A stretch of 64,000 nt of DNA. It comes from Deltaproteobacteria bacterium. GTDB lineage: Bacteria; Myxococcota_A; Polyangia; Polyangiales; Houyiibacteriaceae. The position numbers and the translations under genes were made by a program. Position 1 is the first letter of the stretch; each line of letters opens with the position of its first letter. The stretch covers positions 1 to 64,000 of the forward strand of contig JAXMNT010000011.1 in NCBI GenBank assembly GCA_034670305.1, in the 5' to 3' direction. Under the pieces are notes generated by a model. That model saw only the letters and a list, made by a program, of their open reading frames with translations, had not been told where the DNA came from and made no database searches. This document shows positions 1 to 10,132 of the stretch, in pieces.

Positions 1-64
1 GTCCGCTGGGCATCGCGCTCCGATTCGCGCCTCGCCGTCGCGAAACACACGGCGTCCACGACGC

Positions 65-125
65 GGGCAAGGGCACGGGCAAGGGCAACGGCAAGGGAGC
101 AGGTCGCTTTTCAGCGACCTGCTAG
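65..125. repeat. 61-bp inverted repeat, left copy (hexamer run + AGCAGGTCGCT/AGCGACCTGCT palindrome + CTAG)
   Basis: Reverse complement matches 2694-2754 at 60/61 positions. Confidence 0.9.
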
Positions 126-243
126 TGTTGGGTGAGTCGTGCGCAGTGCCCTGTGTCTGTGTGGTGCGCCTTGTGTCCTGGGCTGGTCCAAACCGCGTGC
201 ACCCACGGGCAAGGGCATGGGCAAGGGCAACGGCAAGGGGCCT

Positions 244-2652
244 TTAGATCAGCAGGCAGCCCACGCTGGCGATCCGCGCGATGTTGTTGCTCTCGATGCA
301 CTCGACGTTGTCGTCGGCCGCGTCCACCCAGAGGTAGACGTCGCGCTCGCCATCGCTCGGTGCCGGATCCCAATCGCACGAGACCGGTTCGCATGTGCCG
401 GGCGGCAACGTGCGCACCGTGAGCGCGCTGCAGATCTCGGTACCCGCTTCTCTCGGGTCGCCGTCGTAGAACGTCGCCACCATGCCGCTGTCGACCGGCT
501 CCGCGCCGCGGTTGCACACGACGGCGTTGAGCGGAATCACCGGCATCGCCGCGGTGCAGGAGCGTTCGAACGAACCGCGGCCGATCGTGAGGTCCGGCCC
601 GGCCAGTGGCACGAGGTTGCCCTGCACGTTCTTCCGGAAGTCGTTGAGGCCCGGCTCGCTCCAGTTGCGCACCACTTCGCTGGTGCGGGGAATGGTGCCG
701 TCTTCGTTCACGCCGGTCACCGCGTACGCGTGCTGGTTCCAGATGCGGCGGCTGCTCACCCAGCGGTCGCTCGAGTCCGAGTACACCCGGATGCCCACGA
801 TGCTCGAGGAGAAGCGCGCGCGACACACGTTGCCATCCGCGCCTTCGAGCGGCGGGACACACTGGTAGCTGGTCGCGTCGCCGCACTGCGCGTCTTCGGT
901 GCAGCGGCAGAGGCCCGCCACGCACGGCGTGCCGCCCGCGCAGTCGGTCGCGTCGGTGCACGCGAGCCCAGCGTGGATCGGATCGAGCGCCGGGCAGGAC
1001 CCGTGCGCCGAGTTGGAACCGACGACGAGCTCCGCGTTGAAGTCCCCGTCCGGATCCGCGATCACCGGCGCTTCGATCCAGGTGCCGCTTGAACGCGGCG
1101 CCGACCAGACGACCGAGCCGGTCGCGCCATCGAACACGCGGACGAAACACTCGTCTGCGTAGACGAGCTCGGAGCGCCCGTCGCCCTCGAAGTCGAACAC
1201 GCTCGAGCCGTTGATGCCGCTCGAGAAGTCGCGCACCACCTGGGTCCAGAGGATGCCGTCGGTGCGGCCGGATTCACAGGTGCCGGTCCCGCCGCCCTCC
1301 ACGCAGTCCAGATCGAACATCGTGAGGCTGCCGGGGCCACCGGTGGCGAGCTCCACCCGTCCGTCGCCATCGAAGTCGGCGACGGTCGGGTTGCCGCCGT
1401 GGGAACCACCCGGGAGTGCGATCGGTCCGAACACCGTCTCGCCCCCGAGTGTCTGCACGCGCGCGGTGCCGCTGCTGATGACACCGATCTCGGGGCCGCC
1501 TGGGAAGTCTCCCGCGGCCGCTGTGAAGTCGCCGAAGTCCGCCACCGCGACGTAGCCATCGGGCTGGGTCGCGGTCCAAGCGCGCCGCACCCACGCGGTC
1601 TCCACCAAGTCCCAGTCGTACACCCCCTCGCCCGTGGCGAGCTCCGCGTCGCCGTCGTGGTCGAGGTCGGCGATCACCGGCGGCTGGCTGTAGCCCGCGA
1701 CCGGATGCAGTCCGAGCGCTTCGTCGAGCAACACTCCGTCCGGGCCGTAGGTCACGCCGCCCATCAAGATCTCGGGGCGCCCGTCGTTGTCGAGGTCGGC
1801 GATCGAGAGGCTGGGGATCGCGGACGACCCACCGATGAGATCGCGCGCGCCATCGGGGCGGGTGGAGAACCACCGCCGCACGAACGCGCTCCCGTCCCAT
1901 TCGAACGCCACGAGGCCACCGGAGGCACTCTTCGCCACGATCTCTGGCCGGCCGTCCCCGTCGAGGTCCCCGACCACCGGCGTCGTCGCGCCGCCCACCG
2001 CGTCCATCGGATCGCCGAGCACGCCCTGGTCTGCGCAGGTGCGCCCGTCGATGATGCGCATCGTGCCGCCATCGCCGTAGACGAACGCTGCGGTCGAGAT
2101 GAAGACGATGGATGGCCGAATCGGCGCGTCGGCCGCGCGCCCGATCCCGAAGTCGACCACGAGCGGCGTCGACTCGACCTGCACGGAGGCGGGCACCGGG
2201 TCGCCGTCGGCTGGGCCTTCCCAGCGGCATTGCACGGTCGGGTTGAATCGACCTGGTTGGACTTCGCGGCGGCACTCGTCGTTCGCGTCTCCGCGGGGTG
2301 GGGTGCCGTAGGGGGTGCAGCGGTCTTCGTGGCAGTAGCTGTCGTCGAGGCAGTCTCCGTCTTCGGTGCAGGGACCGAGGTCGGCGACGCATGCGTCGGC
2401 CAGACAGCGTTCGCCGGTCTCACAACACGCGCTCCCGCACATCAGGTCGCAGGTGCCGGCGTCGTCCGTGGAGATGGGCGCATCGGTGCCGCCGCTGTCG
2501 GGGCCTCCGGTCGCAGGCACGCACATTCCGTCCACGCATCGGTCGGTCCCGCTGCAATCGGCGCTGGTGGTGCAGGTGTCGCCCGGGCTCGAGCCGCCAC
2601 AGGCGAAGCAGAAGAAACCGAGGAGCGCCCAGCGCAGAAGAGAAGCGTGCAT
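244..2652 (-). CDS. Secreted lipoprotein with Cys-rich repeats, FG-GAP/VCBS beta-propeller repeats and a C-terminal CARDB-like domain
   Basis: Lipobox-like FFCFACGG; repeated DLDGDGRPEI/DLDNDGRPEI/DFDGDGRVEL Ca-binding motifs; WNQHAYAVT motif; C-terminal VCNRG...VDAADDNVECIESNN. Confidence 0.85.
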   Translation of the reverse strand: MHASLLRWALLGFFCFACGGSSPGDTCTTSADCSGTDRCVDGMCVPATGGPDSGGTDAPISTDDAGTCDLMCGSACCETGERCLADACVADLGPCTEDGDCLDDSYCHEDRCTPYGTPPRGDANDECRREVQPGRFNPTVQCRWEGPADGDPVPASVQVESTPLVVDFGIGRAADAPIRPSIVFISTAAFVYGDGGTMRIIDGRTCADQGVLGDPMDAVGGATTPVVGDLDGDGRPEIVAKSASGGLVAFEWDGSAFVRRWFSTRPDGARDLIGGSSAIPSLSIADLDNDGRPEILMGGVTYGPDGVLLDEALGLHPVAGYSQPPVIADLDHDGDAELATGEGVYDWDLVETAWVRRAWTATQPDGYVAVADFGDFTAAAGDFPGGPEIGVISSGTARVQTLGGETVFGPIALPGGSHGGNPTVADFDGDGRVELATGGPGSLTMFDLDCVEGGGTGTCESGRTDGILWTQVVRDFSSGINGSSVFDFEGDGRSELVYADECFVRVFDGATGSVVWSAPRSSGTWIEAPVIADPDGDFNAELVVGSNSAHGSCPALDPIHAGLACTDATDCAGGTPCVAGLCRCTEDAQCGDATSYQCVPPLEGADGNVCRARFSSSIVGIRVYSDSSDRWVSSRRIWNQHAYAVTGVNEDGTIPRTSEVVRNWSEPGLNDFRKNVQGNLVPLAGPDLTIGRGSFERSCTAAMPVIPLNAVVCNRGAEPVDSGMVATFYDGDPREAGTEICSALTVRTLPPGTCEPVSCDWDPAPSDGERDVYLWVDAADDNVECIESNNIARIASVGCLLI

Positions 2653-2668
2653 AAGGCAGGATACCCCG

Positions 2669-2695
2669 AGGGCCCGCGGCTGTACCGCGGGCCCT
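2669..2695. promoter_or_regulatory. Perfect GC-rich hairpin just upstream of the FG-GAP gene start
   Basis: AGGGCCCGCGG-CTGTA-CCGCGGGCCCT, 11-bp stem with 5-nt loop; function unknown. Confidence 0.45.
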
Positions 2696-2754
2696 AGCAG
2701 GTCGCTGAAGAGCGACCTGCTCCCTTGCCGTTGCCCTTGCCCGTGCCCTTGCCC
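2694..2754. repeat. 61-bp inverted repeat, right copy
   Basis: CTAGCAGGTCGCTGAAGAGCGACCTGCTCCCTTGCCGTTGCCCTTGCCCGTGCCCTTGCCC is the reverse complement of 65-125 with one mismatch. Confidence 0.9.
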
Positions 2755-3020
2755 TTGTCGCGCCGAATCCGAAGCCGAAGCCGAAGCCGAAGCCGAAGCC
2801 GAAGCCGACCCCCGAATCCGAAGCCGAAGCCGAATCCGAAGCCGAAGCCGAATCCGACCCCGAATCCGAGTCCGAGTCCGAATCCGACCCCGAATCCGAA
2901 TCCGAAGCCGAAGCCGAAGCCGACCCCCGAATCCGAATCCGAAGCCGAATCCGAATCCGCAGGAGAGGATGCGCGGTGCCCGTGCCCGTGCCCGTGCCCG
3001 TGCCCGTGCCCCGTGCCCCG
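2723..3020. repeat. Composite hexamer array (GCCCTT)n-(GCCGAA/TCCGAA)n-AGGAGAGGATG-(GCCCGT)n
   Basis: Directly visible 6-nt periodic tracts downstream of the hisS stop. Confidence 0.9.
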
Positions 3021-3046
3021 TGGCCTAATGTGGCTCCGCCCTGTGC

Positions 3047-4306
3047 TCAGGCGGGGGCGCCGTGGAGGGCGTCGAGGACGAGGGCGCGGGCGACCTCGCG
3101 CTGGGTGCCTTCACGAAGTTGTTTCACTTGCACTGTGCCCTCGGCGATCTCTCGTTCGCCGAGCACGAGCGCGAATCGGGCGCCGCTCTTGTCGGCGCGC
3201 CGCATCTGGCTTTTCATCGACGTGCCGCGGAGATCCGCGTCGACGCGCAAGCCGCTCTCCCGAACCTCCCGGGCGAGCTGTACCGCTTCGGCGCGCTGCT
3301 CGGGTTTTTGCGCGACCACGAACACATCGACGCGGGGCGCAGCTTCGAGTTTCGCGCCGGCGAGCAGCACCCGCTCGAGCCCCATGCCGAACCCGATCGC
3401 CGGCGTCGGGTTGCCGCCGAGTCCGCCGATCATCTCGTCGTAGCGACCGCCGCCACACAGCGTCGACTGCGCTCCGAGATCGCCCCCGCGTCCCCGGATC
3501 TCGAAGAGCGTGCGGGTGTAGTAGTCGAGCCCGCGCACGAGCCCCGGCTCCACCCGGTAGGGGGTGCCGAGTGCGTCGAGCGTCGACTTGAGTCCTTCGA
3601 AGTGCGCGCGGTCTTCGTCGTCGAGTGAGTCGAGCACCGAAGGCGCGTCCTTCACGACTTCTTGATCTTGAGGCGCCTTCGAATCGAGCACCCGCAGCGG
3701 GTTGCGCTCGAGCCGGCGCTGGCTGTCTTCGCTGAGCTTGTCGGCGAGCGGTCGCAAGAACGTCACGAGCGCCTCGCGGTAACGTTCGCGCGCCGCGGCG
3801 GTGCCGATGCTGTTGATGAGCACCTCGATGTCCTCGACGCCGATCTTCTCGAGAAAGCGCACGACCAGATCGATGAGCTCCGCGTCCACGTACGGACCCG
3901 GGTCGCCGTAGACCTCACAGCCGGCCTGATAGAACTCGCGGTAGCGTCCCTTCGCCGGCCGCTCGCGGCGGTACATGCGACCGAGGTAGTACCACTTGGT
4001 CACCGACTCCTGCCCGCCGATGCCGTGCTGCAGGAACGCGCGCACGCAGGACGCGGTGCCTTCCGGCCGCATCGTGAGCGACTTGTCGCCCTTGTCGGTG
4101 AACGTGTACATCTCCTTCTCGACGATGTCGGTCACCTCGCCGATGGACTTCACGAACAGTTCGGTCGGCTCGAGGATCGGCGTGCGCACCTCGCCGAATC
4201 CATAGCTCTCCGCGACCTCTCGGAACGTCGCTTCCAGCCGATGCCAGCGCGCCGTCTCCTCCGGAAAGAAGTCGTTCATGCCCTTGACCGATCGAAGCTT
4301 CGCCAT
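3047..4306 (-). CDS. hisS: Histidine--tRNA ligase
   Basis: KGMNDF, LTMRPEGTAS, YRRERPAKGRYREFYQ, LVRGLDYY, GGGRYD, GFGMGLER; start placed at MAKLRSV. Confidence 0.97.
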   Translation of the reverse strand: MAKLRSVKGMNDFFPEETARWHRLEATFREVAESYGFGEVRTPILEPTELFVKSIGEVTDIVEKEMYTFTDKGDKSLTMRPEGTASCVRAFLQHGIGGQESVTKWYYLGRMYRRERPAKGRYREFYQAGCEVYGDPGPYVDAELIDLVVRFLEKIGVEDIEVLINSIGTAAARERYREALVTFLRPLADKLSEDSQRRLERNPLRVLDSKAPQDQEVVKDAPSVLDSLDDEDRAHFEGLKSTLDALGTPYRVEPGLVRGLDYYTRTLFEIRGRGGDLGAQSTLCGGGRYDEMIGGLGGNPTPAIGFGMGLERVLLAGAKLEAAPRVDVFVVAQKPEQRAEAVQLAREVRESGLRVDADLRGTSMKSQMRRADKSGARFALVLGEREIAEGTVQVKQLREGTQREVARALVLDALHGAPA

Positions 4307-4443
4307 GCGGGGGGTGCTAGCAGGTTGGGAGGCCAATGCCGAGGCCAATGCCGAAGCGGCATTGGCTTAGGGGCCTGGCGGCCCAACACCCACCCACGCG
4401 GGACCGAACCGCGTCGGTTTCGCTGTCGCTATCGGCGTCGCTG

Positions 4444-4650
<207 letters not shown>

Positions 4651-4651
4651 C

Positions 4652-5482
4652 TCACTCTTCGAGCTGCGCTCGGAAGTGCGGCGAGTGTTCGGCGAGCGTC
4701 TCGACGTACGGCCGGATGCGTTCTCGCGACTCGGCCGGCAGTTGCCCGAAGTCCTCGATGAGATCCGCCGGCACGTGCCGGAACGACACGCTGATCCGGC
4801 GCACGTCGAAGCCTTCGAGCTGCGTCGTCAACGTCGGCTTCTGCCCATGCCGCACCCGGCGGATGCGGTGGTAGAGCCGGTCCTTGAACTCGGGGCCGCT
4901 CAGCACGCTGATCGATCGGTGCCGCGTCCACACGCCGAGCGCCACCTCGTCCTCGCGCGCCACGTCGACGAACTCGAGCAGCCCGGCTTGACCGATGGAG
5001 ATCATCACCACCGGTCCCGGTTCGCCATCGCGGTGTTTGCGCAGGCGCGCGTAGTCCACCGGCGGGCCGGACTCGTGGATCTCCTTGCCGTAGTAGTTCA
5101 CGAGGCAGCTGTTCGGCGGGTCGGGAAACGCCGGGTCGTGCGTATGGAGCACCGGGCGCAGCCGCTCGAGCAGCGACTGCATGACCGCCGGCAACGGCTC
5201 CGCGCGCATACATCGGTGTTCGCGGTGGTCGGGTTCGGCGTAGTAGCCAAGGCACGCGAACTGCCACGCGCCGAGCCAGTACACCGGCCGCGTCAGCCGC
5301 CGGCGCCCCACACCGTCGCGCGCGTGGTCGGTCTCGGCGTGTCGGTGTTCCCAGAGCGGATGAATCGAAGCGAAGTACGCTGCGAGCACGTCCGCTTCCT
5401 CGAGCGAGATGAACCGCGGCAGGTAGTTGAAGCCCGGGCGTTCGATGGGGCTGCGGCCATCGTGTTCGGTCTCGTCGCTCAT
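4652..5482 (-). CDS. AlkB-like 2OG-Fe(II) dioxygenase
   Basis: PNSCLVNYY, HxD (KHRDG), distal His (LYHRI), RISVSFR. Confidence 0.8.
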   Translation of the reverse strand: MSDETEHDGRSPIERPGFNYLPRFISLEEADVLAAYFASIHPLWEHRHAETDHARDGVGRRRLTRPVYWLGAWQFACLGYYAEPDHREHRCMRAEPLPAVMQSLLERLRPVLHTHDPAFPDPPNSCLVNYYGKEIHESGPPVDYARLRKHRDGEPGPVVMISIGQAGLLEFVDVAREDEVALGVWTRHRSISVLSGPEFKDRLYHRIRRVRHGQKPTLTTQLEGFDVRRISVSFRHVPADLIEDFGQLPAESRERIRPYVETLAEHSPHFRAQLEE

Positions 5483-6000
5483 GGGGGCGGTGTGCCGGTT
5501 CTGCGAAGAAACGCAACGACCGCATCGGCGGCGTCGGCGCGAAGTCGGTCTTCGGTGTGGGCTGTGCGTGCGCGCGGTACGAATCGGTGGTTGCCGTCGG
5601 GCAGCCAGACGACCTCGACGTGCGACGGCAACGCGTAGCCCCGCACGTCCGCTTCGCTGCCGTGGCTGTCGCGGCTGCCCTGTACGAGCAGCGTCGGTGT
5701 CGGAACGTGAAGGAAGGTCTCGAGCCCCGCACGTTGTGCTGGCGCTCCCGGCGGGTGAAACGGAAACCCGCACGCGACGAACGCGACGACGTCGCTTCGT
5801 CCGGCACAGAACCGCGCGGCCAAGCGTGCGCCCCGCGAGAACCCGCCCACCGCACGGGCGCCATCGGCCACGGATGCCGCCAACGCGTCGAGCACGTCGT
5901 CGTCGTCGTCAGCGAGGTCGACGCGTTTCAGCGCTGCGCCCAAGCGCGCGTCGAGTTCCGCGAACGGCGGGTCGTCCGGAGCGCAGGCGAACGCGAGCAT
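5479..6000 (-). CDS. Short alpha/beta hydrolase (KANL3/Tex30-like)
   Basis: GGFSRGAR nucleophile elbow, GFPFHPPG, VQGSRD, DGNH; 4-bp overlap with the AlkB-like start; N-terminus looks short. Confidence 0.75.
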   Translation of the reverse strand: MLAFACAPDDPPFAELDARLGAALKRVDLADDDDDVLDALAASVADGARAVGGFSRGARLAARFCAGRSDVVAFVACGFPFHPPGAPAQRAGLETFLHVPTPTLLVQGSRDSHGSEADVRGYALPSHVEVVWLPDGNHRFVPRARTAHTEDRLRADAADAVVAFLRRTGTPPP

Positions 6001-6733
6001 GCGGGATGATACGGGACGCCGCGCCGGAACCTCGGTACAAAGACCCCATGATTCGGAACGCGATGTGCCTCGTCCCGGACCGGCCGAGATCCTGCGTCCG
6101 CTCGCAGAAGCAGGCGGCGTGAGCGATCCCTTCGTGGTGCTCGGCGATGCGCGCACGATCTGGGTCGCCTACTCGACCCCGGCGCCCACTGTGATGCGGG
6201 TCGACGCGACGACGGGCGCCCCGATCGAAACCGCTTCGTTCCCAGCCTCGTTCGGCAGGATCGTGGCTGCCGACGGATCGCCCAGCCGTCTGGTCTTCGC
6301 GACAACCGGCGGGGTGTTCTCGGTCGTGCCGTCCCGCCTCTCTCCACCCGATACTTTCTTCTCGCCCACCGGCGTGGACATCATCCGCGACCTGGCGATG
6401 CGCGGCGACGAGGTCGTGGTCGGCGTGACCGCCGGCGGGCGCGCGCAGGTGCGCACCTACGGCCTCGAGGGAGACGTCGGGGCCGAACGCAACATCGACG
6501 CGGCGCCCCCTGCCGACGATCCTTTGGTCGCGGTGCGTGGCGACCACATCTTGGTCTCGGCACGGCTGCCGGGCGAAGCGTTGATCTTGGACGGCGACCT
6601 GCGCGAGGTCTTCGATCCCGGCCCGCTCTTCAACAACCCACGCATCGCGCCCACCCGCACCGGCTTCTTCGCAGTCTCCACCGACACGACGGTGAGCGAC
6701 GCCGTGCTCACGTTCCTCGACGAGTGCCCGTAG
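5999..6733 (+). CDS. Hypothetical protein (beta-rich, possibly a propeller fragment)
   Basis: 244-aa ORF with protein-like composition; start uncertain. Confidence 0.5.
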   Translation: MRDDTGRRAGTSVQRPHDSERDVPRPGPAEILRPLAEAGGVSDPFVVLGDARTIWVAYSTPAPTVMRVDATTGAPIETASFPASFGRIVAADGSPSRLVFATTGGVFSVVPSRLSPPDTFFSPTGVDIIRDLAMRGDEVVVGVTAGGRAQVRTYGLEGDVGAERNIDAAPPADDPLVAVRGDHILVSARLPGEALILDGDLREVFDPGPLFNNPRIAPTRTGFFAVSTDTTVSDAVLTFLDECP

Positions 6734-6751
6734 GCAGTTCGCGCGGATCGT

Positions 6752-7363
6752 TCAGGGCGCCAAGTGGTCGTTTCCGATGCGGAGCGGGAGCGCCATGCCG
6801 TTGAAGTAGCGTTCGACGGCGCAGAGCCAGACGAGTTCGGTCATCTCGCGCTCCGAGAACGAGGCGCGGACCCGTTCGAGGACTTCGTCGGAGACGTGCA
6901 ACGACGCGCAGACCGCGCGGCCGTATGCGAGCGCGGCTTTGGTGCGTTCGTCGAACTGGTCGGACGTCTCGAACTGGGCGAGGTCGCTGAACCGTTCCTT
7001 GCCGATGCGGCTGCGGATGGCTTCGGCGAGCACGAGGTCCGCACAGAAGGTGCAGCCGTTTTCGGTGGCCATCGAGACCTGAACGAGGAACCGGATCTCT
7101 TTCGGCAACTTCAGGAACCGGTCCATCACCGTCGCAAGGACCAGGGTGCCTACGGCAAGCGCTGGCGCACGGGCGTAGACGACGCGGAACGCGGTGGGCG
7201 TGGCACCGAACCGGCGTTTGGTCGCCCAATACAAGAAGCGCAGGAAGAGCCCGCGCGGCCGATCGATCGGCTCGAGCGGAAGGACCCCGTGTTCGCTGGT
7301 GGTGCGTGGGGGGTCGGCCGCGGTGGACGCGTTGGAGGGGAGGGTGGTGGTGTTCGTGGTCAT
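6752..7363 (-). CDS. Carboxymuconolactone decarboxylase / AhpD-family protein
   Basis: [12 protein letters not shown] CxxC motif, [20 protein letters not shown]. Confidence 0.85.
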   Translation of the reverse strand: MTTNTTTLPSNASTAADPPRTTSEHGVLPLEPIDRPRGLFLRFLYWATKRRFGATPTAFRVVYARAPALAVGTLVLATVMDRFLKLPKEIRFLVQVSMATENGCTFCADLVLAEAIRSRIGKERFSDLAQFETSDQFDERTKAALAYGRAVCASLHVSDEVLERVRASFSEREMTELVWLCAVERYFNGMALPLRIGNDHLAP

Positions 7364-7371
7364 GCCGGTAC

Positions 7372-7398
7372 CACGGATGAGGAGCCGGAAAGGTTACA
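7372..7398 (-). promoter_or_regulatory. Putative ECF41-type promoter
   Basis: Minus strand TGTAACC-N16-CGTG, 8 nt before the CMD start; resembles the ECF41 consensus TGTCACA-N16-CGTC. Confidence 0.5.
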
Positions 7399-7410
7399 AG
7401 CGAACAGCCC

Positions 7411-7637
7411 TCGTTGCCTTTGCCTCTGCCCTTGCCGTTGCCCTTGCCCGATTGGTCCGACCCCGAAGCCGAAGCCGATGCCGAAGCCGAAGCCGATGCC
7501 GATGCCGAATCCGAATCCGAAGCCGAAGCCGAAGCCGAAGCCGACTCCGACCCCGAAGCCGACTCCGATGCCGAAGCCGACCCCGAAGCCGACCCTGAAG
7601 CCGAAGCCGACTCCGATGCCGACTCCGATGCCGACCC
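7411..7637. repeat. Composite hexamer array (GCCCTT)n-(GCCGAA/GCCGAT/TCCGAC)n
   Basis: Visible; abuts the stop at 7642. Confidence 0.9.
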
Positions 7638-7641
7638 AGGG

Positions 7642-8748
7642 TCAGTTGCAGGTGGTCTCGTTGAAGATGCGCGGGACTGCGCCGGCGTCGACGCGGGAGT
7701 CGAGCCAGGTGCGGCGGAGGACCCAGCCGCCAGACGCGCCGGGGGGGCGGACGATGCCTTCGGCGTGCCAGCGGTGGATGCGGCGGGCGCGCGACATCAC
7801 GCGCGCCAGCGCGGTTCGGATCGCGGCGGCGCGGGGTGCGCAGGATGGAGTCGCGAGCTGCGCTTCGACGGCGCGCACCCGCGCTTCGAGTGCCGCCATG
7901 TCTCGGTAGAACGCTGGCAGGCCTTGTTTGACGGTGCAGACGATGCGCTTGCGGAGGTTCTGGACGTTGCGTGCCATCTGGGTGGCGCTCGTGATGAACT
8001 CGAGCGTCGGGTCGTTGCCGCGGGAGGTGGTGTTGTGCTGGATGATGCGGCTCCGGATCCCGCCGAGCACCGTGACGGAGAGCGACTGGATCGCGCTGAT
8101 GCCCGTCGCTGCGGAACCGTCTTCGAACGCGCTCAGGACACCGCCCGCGGTCTCGACGTTGCGCACCACGTTGAGCACGCTGTTGGCCAGGCCGCCGCTG
8201 TCGTTGGTGATGCGGACCGAGATCGAACGGCCGCTGGACTCGACGCAGTAGTTCAGTTCCGGAAACTCTGGGAGCTGCAGCTGTGTCACCCGCCGCAGCC
8301 GCTCACCCGTCGTTGCGAGCGCGTTCGCTTGGGTCTGGATCGCAGGCAGCGCTTCGGCCGCCCGGCACACCGTGTTCGAAGCGGCGGGCGGAGGCGGCGG
8401 CCGGCGCGCGGCGGCGGCCTCGTGCGGGCACGCCTGGTTGTTGTGCACGCACGCATAGACGCAGTTCGGACACGCCGCGAAGTCGCTCGGCCGGCTGCAC
8501 TCCTTGTTCGGGTCGTTCGGGTTCTCCCGGATCGATCCCGACGAGCCGCACACACACGCGCCCGCGTACGCCTCGTGCGCGTGCTGCACCTGGGCGCAGT
8601 TCGTCTGCACGCACGCCACCACCCGCCGGCTCCACGAATACCCAGGCCGGCAACTCCGTTGCGCCTCGACGTCCGCACTCGCCCCCAACACCAGAACCGA
8701 AAGCCCGAACGCCACCGACCCCAAACCCCGCACCCCGAATCGAACCAT
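7642..8748 (-). CDS. Secreted hypothetical protein, Cys-rich N-terminal domain and helical C-terminal region
   Basis: Signal peptide ending ADVEAQ; ten Cys in the first ~80 mature residues; poly-Pro linker. Confidence 0.7.
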   Translation of the reverse strand: MVRFGVRGLGSVAFGLSVLVLGASADVEAQRSCRPGYSWSRRVVACVQTNCAQVQHAHEAYAGACVCGSSGSIRENPNDPNKECSRPSDFAACPNCVYACVHNNQACPHEAAAARRPPPPPAASNTVCRAAEALPAIQTQANALATTGERLRRVTQLQLPEFPELNYCVESSGRSISVRITNDSGGLANSVLNVVRNVETAGGVLSAFEDGSAATGISAIQSLSVTVLGGIRSRIIQHNTTSRGNDPTLEFITSATQMARNVQNLRKRIVCTVKQGLPAFYRDMAALEARVRAVEAQLATPSCAPRAAAIRTALARVMSRARRIHRWHAEGIVRPPGASGGWVLRRTWLDSRVDAGAVPRIFNETTCN

Positions 8749-8943
8749 GCGCGCAATTGTACCGACGCGGCGTGGCCGACGAAAGCGAGCCCGCAGTGGT
8801 CAGCGTTTTGGGGGCGATCCGATCAGGTACGTGACGAACCCGGGACCCTTCATCGGCAACCGGCCGCTCTCCCACGTGCCGTCCAATCCCTCGGTGAGCG
8901 CGTCGAGTTCCTTCGGCGCGTGCACACGCGCCATGCGCGGAGG

Positions 8944-10125
8944 CTACTTGCTGCGCATGAGGTGCGTCATGCCTTCGCCGAGCCCGTCGAGGGTCAGCGG
9001 GAACATGTCGAAGACGCCGCGGATCTGTTCGATGGTGTTGCCGTGCCAGAACCGCTGCGGCTCCGGGTTGAGCCACGCCGAGCGGCGGAAGTGTTTCGCG
9101 AGCCGCATCAGCCACACGATGCCTTCGGCCCGTTCGGTGCCGCGCATGTGGATCGAGCCGCCCGGACTCAAGAGCTCGTAGGGCGCCATCAGCGCGTCGC
9201 CCATCAAGATGAGTTTGTAGTGCGGCCCGCAGTCGTGCAGCAGGTCCTGGATCCGGACCGGTTCGGTGAAGTTCTCGGTCTCGTAGACGTGGCCGTAGAT
9301 GCAGTTGTGGAAGTAGTAGGTGCGCAGCTCTTTGAAGTGCGTCGACTTCTTCGCCGCCGAGAACATGCGCGAACAAAGGTGCGCGAACGGGTCCATCGAC
9401 CCGCCCACGTCCATCATCAGAATGACGCGCGTGTTCGGGCGCCGCGGCGGCCGCACCACGACTTCCAGTTCGCCCGCGTTCTTCGCGGTCTGGGTGATGG
9501 TCTCTTCGAGGTCGAGTTCTTCTTCGCCGCCGATGCGGGTGAACGTGCGCAGCTTCCGGAGCGCGAGCTGCATCTGCCGCACGTCGAGCGTCAGGTCTTG
9601 GCGGTAGCCTTTGTAGAGGCGCGCGTCGGCGGTCTTGATCGCGCTGCGTCCACCGCCTGGGCCGCCCACCCGAAAGCCCGGGCGTGCCGCTTTGCCGCTG
9701 TGGCCGAAGGGCGAGGTGCCGGCGGTGCCGATCCACTTGTTGCCGCCGTCGTGCCGCTCGTCCTGTTCTTTCAGACGTTCTTCGAACATGCGCTGCAGCT
9801 CGTCCGGGTCGAGGTGCTCGAGCAGCGCGCGCTCTTCGTCGGTGAGTTCGTCGATGCGTTCTCTGGCTTCGCGCAGCCAATCGAGCAGCTCGTCTTTGAG
9901 CTTCTTCGACTCGACTTCGACCCCGCGGAAGACTTTCAGAAACGCCTGGTCGAAGTCGTCGAGGTCGCCTTCGCGGTGGACGAGGAGCGCGCGCGCCACG
10001 TGGTAGAAACCATCGAGCGAGCTGTCGTGCAGCCCATGTTTCAGCGCCGCCGCGAGCGCGACCGCTTCGGTCGCACCCACCTGCACGCCTCGGTCGCGCA
10101 GCGCGTAGAGAAACGGGACGAACAC
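8944..10125 (-). CDS. VWA-domain (CoxE-like) protein
   Basis: RHDGGNKWIGTAGTSPFG, MIDAS-like DVGGSMD, YYFHNC, GDALMAPYEL; GTG start inferred. Confidence 0.9.
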   Translation of the reverse strand: MFVPFLYALRDRGVQVGATEAVALAAALKHGLHDSSLDGFYHVARALLVHREGDLDDFDQAFLKVFRGVEVESKKLKDELLDWLREARERIDELTDEERALLEHLDPDELQRMFEERLKEQDERHDGGNKWIGTAGTSPFGHSGKAARPGFRVGGPGGGRSAIKTADARLYKGYRQDLTLDVRQMQLALRKLRTFTRIGGEEELDLEETITQTAKNAGELEVVVRPPRRPNTRVILMMDVGGSMDPFAHLCSRMFSAAKKSTHFKELRTYYFHNCIYGHVYETENFTEPVRIQDLLHDCGPHYKLILMGDALMAPYELLSPGGSIHMRGTERAEGIVWLMRLAKHFRRSAWLNPEPQRFWHGNTIEQIRGVFDMFPLTLDGLGEGMTHLMRSK

Positions 10126-10132
10126 GTCGGGT

